Shown: positions 61,581 through 64,000 of the stretch, in pieces
How positions within the stretch are numbered: the first letter of the stretch is position 1
Layout of the letters: the number at the start of each line of letters is the position of its first letter
Origin: Longimicrobiales bacterium
GTDB taxonomy: Bacteria > Gemmatimonadota > Gemmatimonadetes > Longimicrobiales > Gaopeijiaceae
Reading direction: 5' to 3'
Assembly: GCA_965226375.1 (NCBI GenBank)
Contig: CBDDCX010000008.1
Span: 864,001-928,000 of the forward strand
Length of the DNA stretch: 64,000 nt
Notes under the pieces: generated by a model
Database searches by the model: none
What the model was told of the DNA's origin: nothing
The model's input: the letters and a program-made list of their open reading frames with translations, nothing else
Position numbers and translations under genes: made by a program

Positions 61581-62450
61581 GTGACGACCATGCTTACGGC
61601 GCTTATTGCGGGTTTTATGGCGGTCGCTCCGCCGCCGCCCGACACCACTTTGTCAGTCCGGCGTGGAGATGTGATCGTCATCGAAAACTTTTGGGGTGAC
61701 CTCGACGTACAGACGTGGGACCGGTCGGAGGTGAGCATCGAGTTCGAGGAGCGGCGCGGTGCTCCCATCGACATTGATCGCACGGGCGGCCGCATCGAGG
61801 TAAGGGCCTCTGATCGGAAGGGAAGGGATCGGCATCGGTCCTATGTGGTATCGGTGCCGGCCTGGCTCGATGTGGAGATTCGGGGGAGGGAGTTGAACGT
61901 GACGGTGGAAGGGCTCGAGGCAGCTCTCGAGGTGACGACCAGGGAGGGAGATATCTTCGTGCGAGATCACAGGGGCGAGGTGGTGGCAAGAACCCTCGAG
62001 GGCTACATGGAGGTGAGGCGGTCGAGCGGACGCTTCGACCTCACGTCGTTGGACGATGACGTGAGCCTCTACGACATCGAGGGAGAGGTTTATGTCGACG
62101 CCAATGACGGAGACATCGAGCTCGTGGACGTCGATGCGGAAACCGTGATTGCCAACACGGTGGACGGCCACATCGACTTTTCCGGGGTGGTGCACCCCGA
62201 CGGCGAGTACGAGCTGGTCACTCATGACGGTGACATCACGTTCGCGGTTCAGAGTGACGTGGAGGCCGACGTGTCGGTCGCCACCTACGACGGGGAGTTC
62301 GAGACGGACTTCCCGATCATGCTTCAAAGGCTCGAGAGCGGTAGAGAGTTGAGTTTCGCTTTGGGTGGAGGCGGGGCCCGGGTGCGACTGCAGGCATTCG
62401 ACGGGGCCATTCGTCTCAGGCATAACAACAGCCGTACACCCAACAGATGA
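61581..62450 (+). CDS. DUF4097 family beta-strand repeat protein
   Basis: Signal peptide and repeated T..GDI motifs. Confidence 0.85.
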   Translation: MTTMLTALIAGFMAVAPPPPDTTLSVRRGDVIVIENFWGDLDVQTWDRSEVSIEFEERRGAPIDIDRTGGRIEVRASDRKGRDRHRSYVVSVPAWLDVEIRGRELNVTVEGLEAALEVTTREGDIFVRDHRGEVVARTLEGYMEVRRSSGRFDLTSLDDDVSLYDIEGEVYVDANDGDIELVDVDAETVIANTVDGHIDFSGVVHPDGEYELVTHDGDITFAVQSDVEADVSVATYDGEFETDFPIMLQRLESGRELSFALGGGGARVRLQAFDGAIRLRHNNSRTPNR

Positions 62451-62507
62451 TTGAAGCGATGACAGTTGAAGCGATGACATTGAAGCGATGACGTTGAAGC
62501 GATGACA
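62451..62507. repeat. Intergenic tandem repeat TTGAAGCGATGAC(N1-2) x4
   Basis: Copies start at 62451, 62466, 62480 and 62494. Confidence 0.95.
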
Positions 62508-62569
62508 TTTGAACGGGGAGCGCCCGCCCTTCGGGTTGGCGCATGGCGAGAACGGGTCAAGGAGGAAGA

Positions 62570-63523
62570 ATGAAGGGTGTGAATCGGATGGCGGCTGTCG
62601 CCGCGATTGTGGCCGCGGGGGTACTCACCATTGCCCAGGCGCGGAGTGGGAACGCGATGTCGAGCGGATTGCTAGGCGGATCGAGGGTGGTAGCGCATAG
62701 GGCCGAGAGGGTTGTTATGGCCATCAGCAACAAGGTGGTTGGCTTCTTCGATGGTGACGAGGGCCGGCACGTCCATGTAGACGTCGACGTCAGGGCCCGG
62801 GACACTGGAGCCCAGCAGGTCGGCGACTTCACCTGGCACGGTGCCGCCTCGACAGGCGAGTCCATCGAGGTCAAGGGCGTGAACGGTGACGTGATCGCCG
62901 AGCTGGCCGATGGCTCGGAGATAGAGGTACGTGCCGAGAAGACCGCCCGACGGAGCGACCCGGACGACGTTCGCATCGAGGTCATCGAGCATTCCGGGGG
63001 GGTTACCCTGTGTGCGGTGTACCCGTCGTCGCGGGGAGAAGAAAACTCCTGCGAGCCGGGTTCCGGCGGTCGCAACAACGTCCGTAACAACGACGTGCAG
63101 GTGACCTTCTACGTGAAGGTGCCCGCAGGTGTGGAGTTCCGCGGTCGGACCGTGAACGGTGACGTCGAGGTGCGGGACCTCTCCTCCGACGTGAGCGCAC
63201 ATACGGTAAACGGCGACATCGAGATCGCCACCACGGGTTTTGCCGAAGCCAACACGGTCAACGGTTCCATCGAGGCGGCCATGGGCAGCTTCGACGTGGA
63301 GCGGGGTTTGAGCTTCTCCACGGTGAACGGGAGCATCTCACTCGACGTGCCCGACGATATCGACGCCGATGTCGACGCCAAGTGGGTCCACGGAAGCCTC
63401 GAGGCCGATCTCCCACTCAAGCTCGTGGGGCGCTTGTCCAAGCATGCGGCGCAGGGTGCTCTGGGCCAGGGCGGGCCGGAGCTGAACCTCAAGACCGTCA
63501 ACGGTTCGATCCACATTCATTAG
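62570..63523 (+). CDS. DUF4097 family beta-strand repeat protein
   Basis: Repeated TVNGD/TVNGSI motifs; signal peptide; GGAGG SD. Confidence 0.88.
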   Translation: MKGVNRMAAVAAIVAAGVLTIAQARSGNAMSSGLLGGSRVVAHRAERVVMAISNKVVGFFDGDEGRHVHVDVDVRARDTGAQQVGDFTWHGAASTGESIEVKGVNGDVIAELADGSEIEVRAEKTARRSDPDDVRIEVIEHSGGVTLCAVYPSSRGEENSCEPGSGGRNNVRNNDVQVTFYVKVPAGVEFRGRTVNGDVEVRDLSSDVSAHTVNGDIEIATTGFAEANTVNGSIEAAMGSFDVERGLSFSTVNGSISLDVPDDIDADVDAKWVHGSLEADLPLKLVGRLSKHAAQGALGQGGPELNLKTVNGSIHIH

Positions 63524-63590
63524 AAGGCTGTATGACTTCAACAGCCTCGTGAACCACAAGAGGATCAAGAGGATACTGGTGATGAACGAT

Positions 63591-64000
63591 ATGAAAACAA
63601 GAAGCGTGCTCCGTCGCTGGATGATGGCGGCTGCCGCTCTCCTGATCACGGCACCGGCGGCTGCCGGGCAGAGCTCTCAAGAGTTCCGCCTGTCGGGTCG
63701 AGATGTGGCCGTCTACAACCTGGCGGGCGAAGCTCGCATCGTCCGGGGACAGGGGTCTGACGTCGTGGTCCGGGTTACGAGCCTGGGTAGCGACGCGGGC
63801 CAACTCGACATCGAGGTTGGCCGTGTAGATGGAGCCGAGGCTTTACGTGTGATCTATCCCGAGGACCGGATCATCTATCCCGAGCTCGGGCGCGGATCGA
63901 GCAGCACCGTGCGGGTGAACCGTGACGGCACCTTTTACGGCGGAGGTCGTCGTGGAGGGGACCGGGTGGAGGTCCGAGGTTCCGGTCGTGGGCTGGAGGC
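63591..64000 (+). CDS. Probable third DUF4097-type exported protein (3' end outside window)
   Basis: Open frame MKTRSVLRRWMMAAAALL...VAVYNLAGEARIVRG... to the window end; not in the ORF track. Confidence 0.7.
   Translation, partial: MKTRSVLRRWMMAAAALLITAPAAAGQSSQEFRLSGRDVAVYNLAGEARIVRGQGSDVVVRVTSLGSDAGQLDIEVGRVDGAEALRVIYPEDRIIYPELGRGSSSTVRVNRDGTFYGGGRRGGDRVEVRGSGRGLE

Noticed and set aside
62451..62507. CRISPR array
   Set aside because: 13-nt repeats with 1-2-nt linkers are far too short

Overview
High-GC bacterial chromosomal window. Gene order and protein families (tilS-hpt-ftsH-cdaA, yggS-divIVA-PNP-ileS-rluD, PadR/ADOP permease, ECF sigma/zf-HC2 anti-sigma/DUF4097 cluster) suggest Gemmatimonadota; this assignment is inference, not a database result. 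About 1-37.6 kb and 50-64 kb are mostly housekeeping and metabolic genes. Two tRNAs are present (Met-CAT at 11.1 kb, Val-TAC at 38.0 kb). Highlights: (i) a tandem-AAA+ DnaA paralogue with no DNA-binding domain, directly upstream of a DUF4388/MshEN-like/TPR gene; (ii) an IleRS2 with a non-canonical GLHH signature; (iii) a decayed ~11.5 kb accessory island behind tRNA-Val. The island holds IS256, IS481, IS3-like and IS110 pieces, several attC-like half sites with no integrase in the window (one abutted by the IS110 end), and modular genes that share constant ends. Scattered frameshifts and nonsense codons may be real decay or consensus errors. All family calls come from motifs recognised by eye.
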